A stretch of DNA of 63,324 nt, filler included, from Choristocarpus tenellus KU-1152 (taxonomy: Eukaryota; Protista; Phaeophyceae), in assembly GCA_964200185.2 (NCBI GenBank). It is 11 parts of 11 records of this genome, joined end to end, with 100 filler letters (N's around TTAATTAATTAA, not from the genome) between each part and the next. Parts side by side here need not be neighbours in the genome. Positions count along the whole stretch, not along the records: positions 37,916 to 47,783 come from CAXNAD020003320.1; positions 47,884 to 51,219 come from CAXNAD020020726.1; positions 51,320 to 55,100 come from CAXNAD020017962.1; positions 55,201 to 59,594 come from CAXNAD020014762.1; 7 more parts are not named here. One strand, given 5' to 3'. Position numbers and translations under genes: made by a program. Shown here piece by piece: positions 42,307 to 55,819 of the stretch. Within the stretch, counting starts at the first letter, position 1. Every line of letters begins with the position of its first letter. The notes under the pieces were generated by a model. That model saw only the letters and a program-made list of their open reading frames with translations. It was not told where the DNA came from and made no database searches.

Positions 42307-43683
42307 CATACTCAACGTCCTCAGAGGATGGAAGCATTCTGGCGAAGCTGTACTTTGCTCTGGTTCGCTAATGCTACAACTACTGCTGCTGCACTAGTCG
42401 AGCAATTTCATACTTGAGTAACCATAGGCTTCTTCAATACACACATTTGGGTCGGAGGATTCTGGGCTAAGACCTGCGAATGATGATAAAGAGGAAAATT
42501 AACACATCGAACTTTGAGAGTGAGAATACACTATAATACAGGAAAGTGACTAGTATCACCAAGGTATACAGGGCCTCAGCAAGTATCTCTTCCACTTGAC
42601 TTGGAGCTTCCTACTTGTCTACCCGTACCTACTGGGGAATCTGTAGTGGGTAGTAGATAGTTCTTTAATCAGAAGAGAACAATCCATTTTGTTGTTCCAA
42701 GTAACCTCTGTGCTCACCCAAGACTATCCCTGAGCACAGCAGACACATTCGAATTTCACCATGTCGACCTGTCACTCACCCCTGCTTTGATACCTGAAAC
42801 TGCACTCACACTTGGTGGAATCTGAGATGGGGAGATGGAAGACTTCGATATCCAGTGACTCAAGGGCCACAGGGGACAGATATATCTTGCCTGTCTCTCC
42901 TCCCTTTTTTGTGTCCACAAGTGCGAAAGACCCCCAAGAGGTGTAGAAACGTCGCAGTTCTCTTCCTGGGGGTCACTGTGGCGAGGGTCACAGCTGACTT
43001 CGACCCCTCCTTCTCCACAGCTGCCTGTGCAAGGTTGAAGTAGGCAGGATGCCTCACCCGACGAGGTCTCGTCTTTGTTCAGCGAGCTGAGATTGGCATG
43101 TGGTAGGCAGCAGGAGTGTGGAATAGACGAGGATCGAACAGAAACTTCCCAATCGGGATTTTCGAAAAGCCGTGGTCATCAATGGTTGAGAGAGGACACG
43201 GAACGTTCAAAAACGAGCCTCGCGCATCTTCGAGTTCAGCCGAACCATTTTTCTTCGTGCAAGCTTAGGAACAGGTGAAAGAACGACTAGTGGTATAAAT
43301 GCTAAGTATGCACGAGGCTAGAGAAATTGTTATATGTGTCATTGTACTCACTTGCATATCTTATGGCCTGGACACTGTCAAAGCGAGGCAGGTGAGAGTT
43401 GCGCATGATGGCAAGAGTAGAGCACTTACTACTTGGTTGGGAGATCTTGGTAAGCTCGATGAGAAGGGTTCTTCTTTTTATTGTACGTGAGACACCCTCA
43501 ACCATGTGTACAATAGTATCTGTCATAGACTTGAGGTCACAGGAAATACACCTCGCAATAGTGTAACAATGGGCTAATAGTCCATGCTATGAGATATTCG
43601 ATGTAGCAGTTAGATCCACCTCTTAGGCGTTTGGGGAGTTTCCGTGCATGAAAGCGTTGCCTGGGGTGTCTCTCTGCAGGCTG

Positions 43684-43955
43684 CTCCAAGGGTGGCGATG
43701 GGGCAAGCAGGGTAGACTTTGGAAAAATCTGTGCTCCAACGATACGTCCGTCCTGCGCTTCCCTCTCTCGGCGTTGGTGGAAGAGGTGTGCGAGAAAATG
43801 ACGGCTCTGGGCGTGGAGTGAAGACTTCTCCAAGGGCGGAGGAAGGGTAGGCAGGGTGAACTTTGGAAAATTCTGTGCTCCAACAACGTGTCCGTGCCGG
43901 GATTCCCTCTCTGAGAGATGTTCCAGAAACGGGCTGGGATGGGCGTGGAGTGCGT
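43684..43955 (-). repeat. Two-copy about 132-144-bp direct repeat, possibly a coding exon
   Basis: CTCCAAGGG...CTTTGGAAAA.TCTGTGCTCCAAC at 43684 and 43828; one minus frame reads TPRP...REG...WSTEFSKVHPA / WSTDFSKVYPA. Confidence 0.65.
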
Positions 43956-44869
43956 GTAATTCTTTCTTCCGGTCCAGACAAAGCACTCTCGTTCAGCATT
44001 CCACCCACCCTCTTCTTTGTTGCATCTCTCCTTTTGATGTGAAAGCAAAGACAAATTGCTATTTATTGGTAGTGAAATTGAGCTTCAAGTAGGAAACTCT
44101 GTAGAGGGCATTGAACTTTAGGTACCCTGGAGCGACGGTAAAGACATTTTGCGATGAAAAGACGGTTTCAGCAAGGTTTCAATTATTATTTTATTATTAC
44201 TCTCAAGTATTATATTTTGCGTCACATTATTGGTCCAGGTCCGTTGTCGAAAAAGTAGTAAAAAAATCAACAAGTGTAAGAGCCATCTTCCAACCAAGGT
44301 ATACCTTTAAGATGACCCACCTTGGAGGTCTGTTACTCATATGTTATCAGTTATTGCATGTTGAAGTTAATAACTGCTTGAAGCAAATGGGGGGTGGTTT
44401 GAGGGGACTTTGCGAATCCCACTCATTCACTTTTTGCTTGTTCACTCTTTCCTGACTGATCTTCTGTGGGATTCTCTTCCTCCTGCCTTATCTCTCTCCA
44501 ATCACTTCCTTCTGTGAGTCTACCCGTTCCTCTTCAAGCTGAAGAACTTGTCGGCCTGTTTCCATCTGTCTCACACACGCTTTTTTTAGAATGGTAACAA
44601 AGACCTAAAAAGGAAAAAAAAGAGTGGAAGAAAAACTAAATGAGATTTATAAAAAGCAATAGAATCCGCACAAGGAAAACACCACAACCCAAAAATAAAG
44701 AGAAAAAAGAAAAAAAAGTAGGATGTAAGACAAATCAGTCAAAAAGAAAACAGGATTCAGCAGGCATTGATGGTGGTAGTATTGATGCCTTGGGCGACCT
44801 TAACTGCTGCTTTGGTGTGACGTACATTAGCTATCACGACTTCCCTGGAATACTATTCGGCTATATATC

Positions 44870-45240
44870 TCGTTGTGCTGTCACCCACATCCTCATTCCA
44901 CCCCTATTGGTTAGTGAGTGGCCTCGGCAGTCCAACCCTCAACTCCAATCCTAAACGTGTCAAGTTCATCTCAGAGACATTACGATCGCTTCTTCCCCCA
45001 TCCACTTTTATCCACTTTGCTTCCGTTTTCCATTCGCAAGCACCCCAAACATCGATATCTTGGGAAGTCGCTTATCTCTCGTGTGAGAGCTGATTTAGGA
45101 ACTCGGAGGATTTGGTTGTGCAACATCGCTTTGACACTCTCAAGCTCACTCTTCAAAAGAGCATCTTCGTTGGAGAGGGCATGATCAGTGTGTGCCCGTT
45201 TGCGGAAACCTATGTGGCGCAGGAGGAATATATGGTGATG
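44870..45240 (-). mobile_element. LINE (RTE-like) 3' relic
   Basis: Minus-strand 'HIFLLRHIGFRKRAHTDHALSNEDALLKSELES' and, after a frameshift, 'RLPKISMFGVL' resemble the post-RT region of RTE-type LINEs. Confidence 0.6.
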
Positions 45241-46519
45241 GATAATAATCTCTAGGAAGGAGACCTCTGGAAGGGGAGGTGATAATGTAAATTAAGTTGG
45301 GGGTAGAAAAAATTATGCTGCATCCACCTGAATTGATGTTGTGGTTGCTAACAAAATTTAAGCAAATCGACTAATGTCACTATATCTGGTATCTGGTGGT
45401 CTGGACCACAGCTCAAGGTCACTACAGTAGTAGTAGTATGTAGTGCGTCCCTTCAACAGATCACACAGTAGTTTTGATCCCGAGTTAATGAGGTCTAGCC
45501 CTCCTAAACCAAACACCGACTTTGGAGTAACGGTCTTTGTTGGCGCAACTCCTACTGCATTTGAGAAAGACTGAGACAGCAAATATATACATTGAGAGTA
45601 AGAGCATCCGGGTCCGAGCCCCTACAGCTCATGCTTACATTGCCGATTCTAAGTTGTCCAATACCCTGCAGTCTCAGTGCTCACAGTGACAGGGTTGCAT
45701 CAAGTCTGAGCCTCACTCTAGACACCCAGTCATAGGTTGATATATGGACCTTGTAGGCGTGGGCATACGTTTGTTTGTGATCAGCATTGCAGGTTAGAGG
45801 GTAAATCTCGATGACCACTTTCTTCGACATGCAGACTGTACACGGGGGGGGAGGAAGGATCACATCAAGGGGCAGAATGCATCCATAAAAAATTAAAAAT
45901 ATCCCACGCATTAATACAAGGACCTACCCGTTCCCATAGACATTTTTTTTCCAGATGTCCTCCGAAAATAGTTGGATCTGGGCGCCCATTTTCCTTTTTT
46001 CTAAATGGGAAGCCTTCCCTACTTGAACTTTTCCTGGTTCTAGCTTTTCTTATCTCATGTGACCATTTCCTCTTGACACCAATTTCTCACAAGTGCCAAG
46101 AGCATCACCTTGTGGACAAGTCCAATGCACTTCCAACACCAACAATACCTCATTCGGATACATATATCTACATCTAGTTGCGTGAACAATCGTACCACAC
46201 ACTGGACTAGGAAGCACAACAAACTTGGAATTTTGAATCGCATACTACTTGGTTTTACAACATCATGTCCCAAGGAGGGGGATTGTTGTGATGATAATTT
46301 ACTCACTACGTGTTAGAAATGTGCAAAAGGCATGCGAAAGTTGCATAGAACCTTCGTAATACATCGAAATGGTTGCGTGTACAAAGCAAAAGAGCATGTG
46401 TTGAGACAAGTTCCTGTTGGGGAAGGTTATTCTTAAGTTGCATCCTCCACACTCCAGGTATGATGACGAACTTTCGGAGCTTCCTTCACTTACGAAAAAC
46501 GTTCAAAACTTCTTGCGTT

Positions 46520-46794
46520 AAGTCAAAGTATCTTAGAGGGTAGAGTCGCGTCCATTTGGGGGCCAAAATCCAATGTTGCAATTTTGATGTAATTTTGGCC
46601 ATCGTGTATGTTAGGAAGTGTCAATATCCTTGTTGCGGAAACACATTTTCATAACGAGTACATTTTACCTGCTCCGAAATATTTCGGAGTAGGAAAATGT
46701 CATAAAAAAGAACAATAAGGAAAAAAAAAAAGGGAAGTCAAGCCTCAAGTGGACAAACAGGGCAAAACTCGTACCCTCTAAGGTGCTTTCACTC
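46520..46794. mobile_element. MITE family A
   Basis: TIRs present; GTT/GTT TSD; A-rich internal expansion. Confidence 0.92.
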
Positions 46795-47588
46795 GTTCCT
46801 TCGGTAATGGGGGTAAATTTCACAGCTAACAGATCAACTTCACCATCAACTTTGTCTTTGTCCCCCGTGTAGCTTTCTATATCATTTTTTACTTTGAAAT
46901 TGTCTCCCTCCCTTGAGTAGTCAGAAGTACTCTGGTCTAGTTATGTGATGACCTGATTCTCCAAACCTCCCAAGGACACATCACTTTTATCAACACCACT
47001 CAGTCACACATCTAATATGGCAATGTTTACAGTTCAATTGATGTATACCTTGCTGACGGTAATATCCGGCACCATGCGGGGTTTTTTTGTCAGTTACGCC
47101 CACACGAAAGCTACCATTTCATCTCATCCCCAAGACTAGAAAATCTCAAAAAATTGATTAAGCACCGTAATTATACTCATTTCAGTCCAACCCTTTTAGA
47201 ATATGCTAGTACCTACCACTGCATGCGGAGTGGTGTATATCTGGAACTATTGTCAGACACCCTTCCACCTTCCCCTCCCTCTGCTCTTCAACTAGTTTTT
47301 GTCCAACATTACGGAGAGATGGTTGACTCAGATCGTGATTTGTTCGGATATTGTCTGACAGGGTGCTGGCCTATGATGCCTCTAATACATTTTGAATTCC
47401 TTCTCGACCACTTTCAGAGTCAAAATTACCCACAGACAACACAGCTACAGATGCACAATTTTTGCATGATCATCAATAATTGCACAGGAAGCCACAAACA
47501 CCCCCTAGCACATCCAACCGCGTCTACACAGGCACGCTACATCCCTGCTACCCAGGCATAGCCCCCTCATACACTTCCTCCTGGTGCA

Positions 47589-47783
47589 GAGACAAAGTAT
47601 CTTAGATGGTCGAGCCGTGACCGTTTGGGGGCCAAACTCCAATGGTGCGATTTTGATCAAATGTTTGCTATTGTCTTTGTTGGGAAGCGTCAATATCCAT
47701 GTACCGAACACATCTTTCCATAACGTACATTTTACCTACTGCGCGGGTCAAAGTATCTGGGGGGGGGGGGCCGGCGTCCGTTT
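47589..47783. mobile_element. MITE family A fragment interrupted at 47745 by a family C end; cut by gap
   Basis: GAGACAAAGTATCTTAG... then GGGTCAAAGTATCTG(n)CCGGCGTCCGTTT. Confidence 0.85.
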
Positions 47784-48270
47784 NNNNNNNNNNNNNNNNN
47801 NNNNNNNNNNNNNNNNNNNNNNNNNNNTTAATTAATTAANNNNNNNNNNNNNNNNNNNNNNNNNNNNNNNNNNNNNNNNNNNNCCCCCCCAGATACGTTA
47901 ACCCATTGTTGTGGCGAATTGGACGATTTGTCCGGAAATATATTCTTTAATGTAGTGCTCTGCATCATCATGGGAGGCACGAAGTAAAAAAAAAGCTTTC
48001 AAAAAGAGTCTATTTTCCTTTGGTGAGAGGGTCGGTGCACATTTGTAGGTTAGGATGCATAGCAGGGCATGGCCAGGGTTTTATTGGTCTTGGGATATGC
48101 TTACGGCTTGCTACAAAATGTTTCGTGTCTTGTTGCCATATATCACAAGGCAAGAGCGAATTATGATGAGAGGTTTCATAAGGCCGTGGTATCTTCATGT
48201 ACCAATCAAACAGTATTTCTGTATCCTCTGTCGAATAACCTAGTATTATCCTTATGTTGTCTGTGCTGAT

Positions 48271-48450
48271 GGGCAAAAGTATCTGGGGGGGGGGAGGGGG
48301 TCTACACCAGGGTGTCCATTTGACCCCAAATCAGGAAAAATGCATTTACATTATCCATCCGACGTATGCAGCCAAATCACCCAAAAATCGGGACATGAAA
48401 AAATTGACCCCAACTGGACAGCCGCCACTCCCCCCTAGATACTTTGAGCC
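48271..48450. mobile_element. MITE family B
   Basis: TIRs present; TGAT/TGAT TSD. Confidence 0.9.
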
Positions 48451-49269
48451 TGATGCAAGTATATAACATAGGTTTCATGTACGTTTATATTTTGTTTGGT
48501 ACAGCACAAGTTTTAATGCGCAAACAGTATGATAAGCAACGGTATAATGAGTCAGTGTTCATACATACGTCTGTGATATTGGACATCTGGCGGGCAATAA
48601 ATAATTCAGTGTATGTTTTACCATATAGTTCAATCAGCAGGTTTGAGCGGCGAGCCTTTACATGGGCTAAGCTTCTCAACACGCTTATCCCCACCTTGCC
48701 AGTTCCTTCATCCCTGCTTCAGACTGTGGCAACATTGAGACCTCATCAGCATTTGCCCCGCCCCTCTTCAACTCATGCAGCAGTGGTGCAGCCCCTGATA
48801 TGCCAGAGCTCGGACAGCAGTCCATTTCCTCACCCCTCCCCTCACCCATGACTGCACAATCACCATCCGAAGCTAGAGAGTTCATTTCTTTGGAATTACC
48901 AGCAGGAAAACTGATATGTTGTCCTCTCCCCTGTACCATAGTATCTCCATCGATCTGTGTACCTTTCACCGTATCTGTCGTTGTGCCTCCTTCCAGATGC
49001 CTTTGACCTTCTTCCACAGCCTTTCGCTGGCGATAGCAACTTTGATTCTTCTGATGACGTTGTTCATGGTGGTGGTGGCTTTTGTGCATGTTCTTCTTCC
49101 CATAGTCCACTCTGCTCCCTCCATGGGCAGAGGAATCACCGAACGCATCTGGCATCTGACATGGAACACATGTGGTAGGGGCGGGGGGTGTTGATGAATA
49201 TTTAGGAGCTCTTTCAATGAATCAACTGCACATTGGGCTTGTACAGAGGAGTTGAGACATAGTTCAAAA

Positions 49270-49527
49270 AAGACAAATTATCTTAGAGGGTAGAGCCTAG
49301 TCCATTTGGGGGCCAAAATCTAATGTAGCGATTTTGATGTAATTTTGGCTATCGTGTTTGTTAGGAAGTGTCAATATCCATGTTCTGAACACATCTTTTC
49401 ATAACGCATACACTTCCCCTACTCCGACACATTTTGGAATAGGAAAAGTCATAAAAGAACCCATGGGAAGTCAAGCCCCAAATGGACAAACAGAGCAAAA
49501 CTCGTACCCTCTAAGATACTTTCACTC
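49270..49527. mobile_element. MITE family A
   Basis: TIRs and full A body. Confidence 0.92.
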
Positions 49528-49579
49528 AAGTAGGTTATTCTGAGGCCGTTCAGCATCAGTATCTTCATGTTTATGATAG

Positions 49580-49837
49580 GAGTCTAAGTATCTTAGAGGG
49601 TAGAGCTGCGTCCATTTGGGGGCCAACATCCAATGTTGCGATTTTGATGTAATTTTGACTATCGTGTTTGTTAGGAAGTGTCAATATCCTTGTTCCGGAC
49701 ACACCTTTACATAACGTATATATTTTACCTACTCCATAACATTTCAGAGTAGGTAAACGTCATTAATAAAAAACAGGAAGCCATGTCCAAAACGGATAAA
49801 CAGGGCAAGACTCGTACCCTCTAAGATACTTTGACCC
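49580..49837. mobile_element. MITE family A
   Basis: TIRs and full A body; ATAG/AGAG imperfect TSD. Confidence 0.92.
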
Positions 49838-50071
49838 AGAGAGGAAATGGGAACTTGAGTGCAAGGGTACTTAACTTCTCTTGAGAGAAGGGATATGCAT
49901 CACAGCAGAATCAGCCATTTTTCTTATTCAGGTTCAATAATCTACAAATGGGCAAATCCTGTACAGTGCATCTGAACCACCCACACTCCATTGTATCGAG
50001 GTGTAAGAGACTAGACAACCTCTGGGCAAAGTCTGGGAGATGCAGGACATAAGACCATTATCACTTGGTTT

Positions 50072-50583
50072 GAGTCAAATTATCTTAGAGGGTAGAGATG
50101 CGTCCATTTGGGGGCCAAAATCCTTGTCTTAGGGTTAGGGTAGTGTCGCGTCCATTTGGGTACCAAATCCAATGTTGCAATTTTGATGTAATTTTGGCTA
50201 TCATGCTTGTTAGGAAGTGTCAGTATCCTTGTTCTGGACACACCTTTTCATAACTTATATGCTATACCTACTCCTAAACATTTTGGAGTAGCAAAATGTA
50301 ATAAGAGAACCCATGGGAAGCCAAGTCTCAAATGGACAAACAGGGCAAAACTCGTACCCCCTAAGATACTTTCACTCAATGTTGCAATTTAGATGTAATT
50401 TTGGCTATCCTGTTTGTTAGGGAATGTCAATATCCTTGTTCCGGACACACCTTTTCATAACTTATACATTTACCTACTCCAAAACATTTTGGAGTAGGTA
50501 AAATGTCATTAAAATCCTGCGGGAAGCCAAGGCTCAAAAGGACAAACAGGGCAAAACTCATACCCTCTAAGATATTTTCACTC
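50072..50583. mobile_element. Family A MITE containing a second A copy (about 50124-50377)
   Basis: Outer copy breaks after CCAAAATCC and resumes AATGTTGC at 50378; outer TTT/TTT TSD. Confidence 0.85.
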
Positions 50584-51179
50584 TTTCCTAAACTCGTCAC
50601 ATGGGTAATTTTCTGGGTCGTTAAAATACTGATTAGAAATGCTGAACATGGCTTATCCTCCTACTCCAGAGTACGCCAAGTCATGTGTTCAACATGTCAG
50701 TGACAACTGACTCATTGAATGGAACTCACACAACAACAAAGCTGCCTGACAAATCACGGCATCTACTAATGTGTGCATGCAAGTGCTTTGGCTACAAATA
50801 TCTAGTATTTTTACTCACAAGAACAAACAGGCAAAGGCACAAGTTAAATTTGGTTCAATAATCAGAAGGACAAAAAAGCATGTGTCTTTTTAGACTAGAA
50901 AGGGAAATGACGAAATCGCAAGCACAACAGCACATGCACTCACTTGTTCTTTGAGGAATGGGCTAGGTGTCAGGAGTTCTAGCAGAGACAATTCTTCTCT
51001 CGCTGCCCTGCTCTGCTGAGGTGTTGTGTCCTTCTTTATCTGATGCGCAACCTTTTGGATAGGGATAGGTGTGAAGCTTGAGAAATGGTCACAATCTATC
51101 TAAATCTGCTTTGTACAGGGACAACAGAGTGAGTGTTTCTGGCTTAGATACATGGCGTGGCCAAAGGTCCAGCTTTATT

Positions 51180-51219
51180 GGGTCAAAGTATCTGGGGGGG
51201 GGTGTGTGGTTTGTGAGGG
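51180..51219. mobile_element. Family C end cut by gap
   Basis: GGGTCAAAGTATCTG(n)TGTGTGGTTTGTGAGGG matches the 13253 terminus. Confidence 0.8.
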
Positions 51220-51319
51220 NNNNNNNNNNNNNNNNNNNNNNNNNNNNNNNNNNNNNNNNNNNNTTAATTAATTAANNNNNNNNNNNNNNNNNNNNNNNNN
51301 NNNNNNNNNNNNNNNNNNN

Positions 51320-51556
51320 GGTAGGGACGCGTCCATTTGGGGGCCAAAATCCAATGTTGCGATTTTGATGTAACTTTGGCTATCGTGTTTGTTAGGAAGT
51401 GTCAATATCCTTGTTCTGGACACAACTCTTCATAACGTATACATTTTCCTACTCCAAAGTGTTTGGAGTAGGAAAATGTCATACAAAATCCATGGGGAGC
51501 CAAGCCCCAAATGGACAAACAGGGCAAAATTCGTACTCTCGAAGATACTTTCACTC
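51320..51556. mobile_element. MITE family A, left end in gap
   Basis: A body ending AGATACTTTCACTC. Confidence 0.9.
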
Positions 51557-51929
51557 TAATGGAAAGAGAATGGAGAGACAACAACGATCATGTTCTCCAG
51601 GTGAAGATGGCCTCTTCTGGCGTCAAGATCATCCATAAAATGTGCAGTTCGCGCGCGCCACGGGGAGCCACCCCACGGACCGCGCGGGCGGACTACTTGA
51701 TTTAAGTATGGTCCTGAATTTCTTACGATTACCGTAAGTTGATCAACCGAGACCCATCAAATAAAGGTTACGCTTGATTATGCCACTACAGCAAACAAAT
51801 TTTCATGAAAATAAATGTCGATCAAAAGTTATGGCACGACTAAGTTTGATAAAGGAGGCGACTGGCAACACTGTATTGTAGTACTAATAGCTTCGCCATC
51901 TGGGGTTGCTCCGTCAACACTTTTTATGT

Positions 51930-53640
51930 AGACATCGGATTAATAAAATAAAAGCATATCCGTGATGCCCGTCACAAGGCCCTCCAGAGTACAGGCTTCG
52001 CGTTTTTTCACGCCATTTTTTCCTATTTTGAAGGAAAGAGCGCTCATATTGAGGTTCGAACCCTGGATTGTAGGCCACCAAGAGTGGCAACAAATGCACT
52101 ATTACTTGATTAAAGTGTAGGGTTTGGGCGGTAAAAAAGCCTCCCCACACTTTCTTCCTGTGTGTTCGCGCGCACACTCTTTGACCTCGGCAAGGATGTC
52201 CTTGTTGAGGCCCAGAACGAAACGCTTCTCATAGCGCCCTTGCTATGACACCTTGATGTGACCCTTAGTTAAGAAGTCTCTCTCCCATTTACTCACAGTT
52301 TCCGACCTGACCATCTCATATTCTACTGCCATCTCGAGCGCCATTGACGGTCTTTCCCGTCATTCATACACAGGTACAGTATTCACAGTGTTGGAGCCTT
52401 ATCTATCACATTTCCTCGTTGAACGCCAGAAATGGGCGTCGTCCGTGTTTCCAGGGCGGGTGATATTTTATCATCAAGGCGCAAGGGCAAGGGAGGACAG
52501 GCTTGAGTTGAACAAAAGTGAGTGTATGGCATCTTGCAAGAAGTGGGAGACACCAACCCGTCGGTGTACAAATAGTTTCGATCTCACCTCCTCTTCTTCC
52601 CTGGCATCCTCATCAATGCCTCGACCTGCTTCGTGACCTCTTCGAAGTAAAGGATTTGGTGGTATCGAAAAGTCTCCACGGCTGCCTTTGTTACGATCAC
52701 TTTCTCCTCTGCCTTGCGATCCCCTTCGACCTTCTTTAGGGCTTCAGATCCCTTGTAGCCCAGCCCTAACACCTTCTTCTCGTTTCCTTAAGCCACTCCG
52801 GCTCACACAGCTTCCAAACAGTCAGGGCCTGCTGCAACTGCTGACTACCAAGATATTCTACACCCAAGTTTTTGCTTAGGCATTTCCTGAGCGCACTGGC
52901 ACACAGTCGCACTCCTATGCTCTCCTCTCCAACCTTCCCTTCGGGCGGCCACCCCGGTTCTACCTTCGCCTGCCATGACCAGACTTCCCCACAGATCTCG
53001 TCACCGTACCACCTGGTGATGGACTCACTGCTCTCTTCCTGATTTCCCAAGGTGGGAGAGACTGCAGAGCAGTGCTCCGACGTGGTTGAAGATCGAACCA
53101 CCACGTTTGTTTGGTAATGCTTTCAATGCATCTTCTCTCAGCGTCAGTGTCGCGACCTTGTGATCCATTTCGCGATTTGATTATGCTGCTGCGCCACAGA
53201 ACACGCACTTTCTCGTCACCAAACATCGCCCTGAGTGTCACACGGTACTTACTTTTCTGTTGCCTCTCGACAGAGAAGGTGCTGAGGGTAGATCCAGGGA
53301 GATTGGCCTTAGAGGCTCTCCTTGTCTCACTGTTGTGGTTCATGTTGCTGTGTAAGTCATGCTGTGTGAACTCACAGAAAGTCTGCAAAAGGTGTTAACA
53401 AGATGTCTGGAAATCTTGTTTTTTTTCTCCGTATCGCCTCACCCGCTAAACTTGGGCAGCGACCTACCTTGGACCAGCTTTTTCAAGGAGTTCAGCCAAC
53501 TACTTTATTTTCGTCCGTTTTGAAGTCGTGACCTTCAAACTTGCGCCGGAGATGTTCCACCGTGTTTTGCCATTATTTGATCAGGACATAGCTCCCGTTC
53601 CCCCGACGCCTCAACATTCGTGCATATAAATCTGACAAAG
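51930..53640 (-). repeat. Dispersed repeat family R, longest copy (decayed ORF-bearing element, unassigned)
   Basis: Co-linear with 55820-57185 and 13373-14060; shared frameshifted reading frames on the minus strand (e.g. LREDALKALP, SITRWYGDEICG, LGLGYKGSE). Confidence 0.85.
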
Positions 53641-54419
53641 CTCTTGTCATATCATTTCATTTTATATATATTGTTGTATAACTATTGTGGTGATACGTTG
53701 AAAAAAAACAAGATTGCAATAGAGGGCGAAGGTCCTAGGACCACTTGAGTATGTGAACTTTCCTGATGGAAAGTTGACGAGATGATACTGAAGAATGAAT
53801 CCAAGAATGTAAATTACAAATACGACCTCTGTGACATAAGGTTGTGCCACAAAGCATCTGGTCTCGCCAAGCAAGAACGGCGCGGAATCGGACGATAGCC
53901 CCACAGAATGAAATCGGATTGACAATCTCAACTTTCAGAAACAAGGTGAGTCGAGGATCAAGTACAAACTCGAGGTGCTTCAAGCTGTCAAAGTATGGGT
54001 CTTTTGGGATGATTTTGAGGCCAGATTGGGCATGTCGAGGGTCAGAACGTTGGCATGGCAACCCCCCGATTGACTCCCCTGCATAAGAAGGCTGCCCAAG
54101 TGTCCCTGAATACCAGGGTTGTACTTGCAGTGTGGCACGCCCTCAAGATGGTCCCTGGTGAGCATAAACTGCTACTACATGTTGGGCTGGCCGTTGCAGC
54201 GGAGTTTGCAGTGTCTGAGCATTGCATGCGAGGACTCCGGGAGGACGTCACCAATCAGCTCACCTGTGACCACACACTTGACCTAGGGTTGGCGGCACAT
54301 AGTGGTGGCCAGCTCACACCGACCAAGATGCCCGCAATACATAGTATCAACTCCGATAACTGGTCATCCACAGTGCATCAGGTGACAATGAAGATTACGG
54401 CCAAGGAGCTGAATTATAC

Positions 54420-55058
54420 CACGAGCAACATTAACAGGTAGTTCTATGTGATGGCTGATGGGAAAAGGGTTAGGGTATCTCCACATGAGGATGATAGCCA
54501 CCTTCCAGGGCCCCCTACAGTGCAGCACAAGAGTCATCCCCAACAGCATGATCATTGCAGCCAACGCCCACCCAGATCCGGCTCACAGCTTTAATGTAAA
54601 GCTTGATGTTTGGCGTGTGTGTGCTCTAAAAATGGCAGAGAGGACAAGCAAGCATACAAAGGGGGATGTGTATGAACAGGACAGTACTTTAGACCATTTG
54701 TGGTACAGGAAGTGGTACACGGAGGAGTTGCTGCCTGCAATCAAGAGACCAAGATGCCTTGGTTGTAGGGGAAGCATGTTGTCGTTCAGCAAGACAGTGC
54801 CACCTCCGGGCAAAGGCAACTCAGAAATCTTGTCAGGGGCAGGGAGACCGAGGGGTGGTCGATTAGGCTTGTGATGCAGCCATCTAACTCCCCCGACCAC
54901 AATATTATGAACCTGTGCTTCTTCAGGTCTTTGAAATGCCAGATGATGGGGGAGCAGTTTGTGTTCGCCGAGGAAATGGTGAAGGTCATAAAGAAAGAGC
55001 ATGAGGAGTATGACGAAACCACACTTGAGAGGTGGCAGTTCCTTTTTGTGGTGTATAA
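54420..55058 (+). pseudogene. Tc1/mariner DD39D-type transposase relic
   Basis: 'NINR*FYV' (cf. HIDEKWFY), 'AERTSKH.KGDVYE', 'EELLPAIK', 'VVVQQDSAT' and 'QPSNSPDHNIMNLCFFRSLK' (cf. QPPNSPDLNxLDLGFFxSL); frameshifted, then interrupted by a family B end at 55059. Confidence 0.85.
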
Positions 55059-55100
55059 GGCTCAAAGTATCTGGGAGGGGGTGGCGGCTGTCCATTTGGG
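55059..55100. mobile_element. Family B MITE end cut by gap
   Basis: GGCTCAAAGTATCTGGGAGGGGGTGGCGGCTGTCCATTTGGG. Confidence 0.85.
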
Positions 55101-55819
55101 NNNNNNNNNNNNNNNNNNNNNNNNNNNNNNNNNNNNNNNNNNNNTTAATTAATTAANNNNNNNNNNNNNNNNNNNNNNNNNNNNNNNNNNNNNNNNNNNN
55201 GGGGTAGTGGGGGAAGGTGGTGGTGGTGGTGGTGGTGACTTGGGTGGAAAGGGGGGTGAGATGGGTTGGGTTGTCGGAGTAGGGAGTGGCCCGACCTCCG
55301 GAGAGGGGTGGGTGGGGTGTGAGGTTTGGACCGGGATGTTGTGTGGTGAAAAGAGGTGGATTTGGATTGCAGTGGCGTTATTCAGATGGGCTATGAGCCC
55401 ACCAGGAGGGTGTCTTTGGCTGGTGAGGGTGGTGTAAGTGCGATTGAAAAGCGTGGGAATGGGTAGTCCATATATTAAAATATATACACGTGTTCATTTT
55501 AATACTATTTATATAGTATAGTGTTAATTTTTGTACTGCATAACGTTAAGCTAGAGTCACCAGGGAGATGGGCAAGGAGGGGTTTGTTAGATTCTTGGGA
55601 TGCTTCTCTAGCTCCTTACCCTGGGGTGCACGAATAGTTTTGAGACATAGGAAGGTAATAGTACAACATAGTAGTAAAGAGGAAATAGATTAACTTTTTT
55701 TCACTTTTGTGGCAAATGTTACTTCTTTAGGGATTTTTCAGACATGTGAATAATTTTAATTTGTTTTCCCCTATAGTGGTAAGAGTATCTCTGGGGTTGT
55801 CCCGTCATAACGTTTGATA

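Noticed and set aside
49270-50583. Cluster of similar repeats resembling a CRISPR-like or tandem array
   Set aside because: Units are about 258-bp TIR-bounded MITEs with irregular spacing, also dispersed elsewhere
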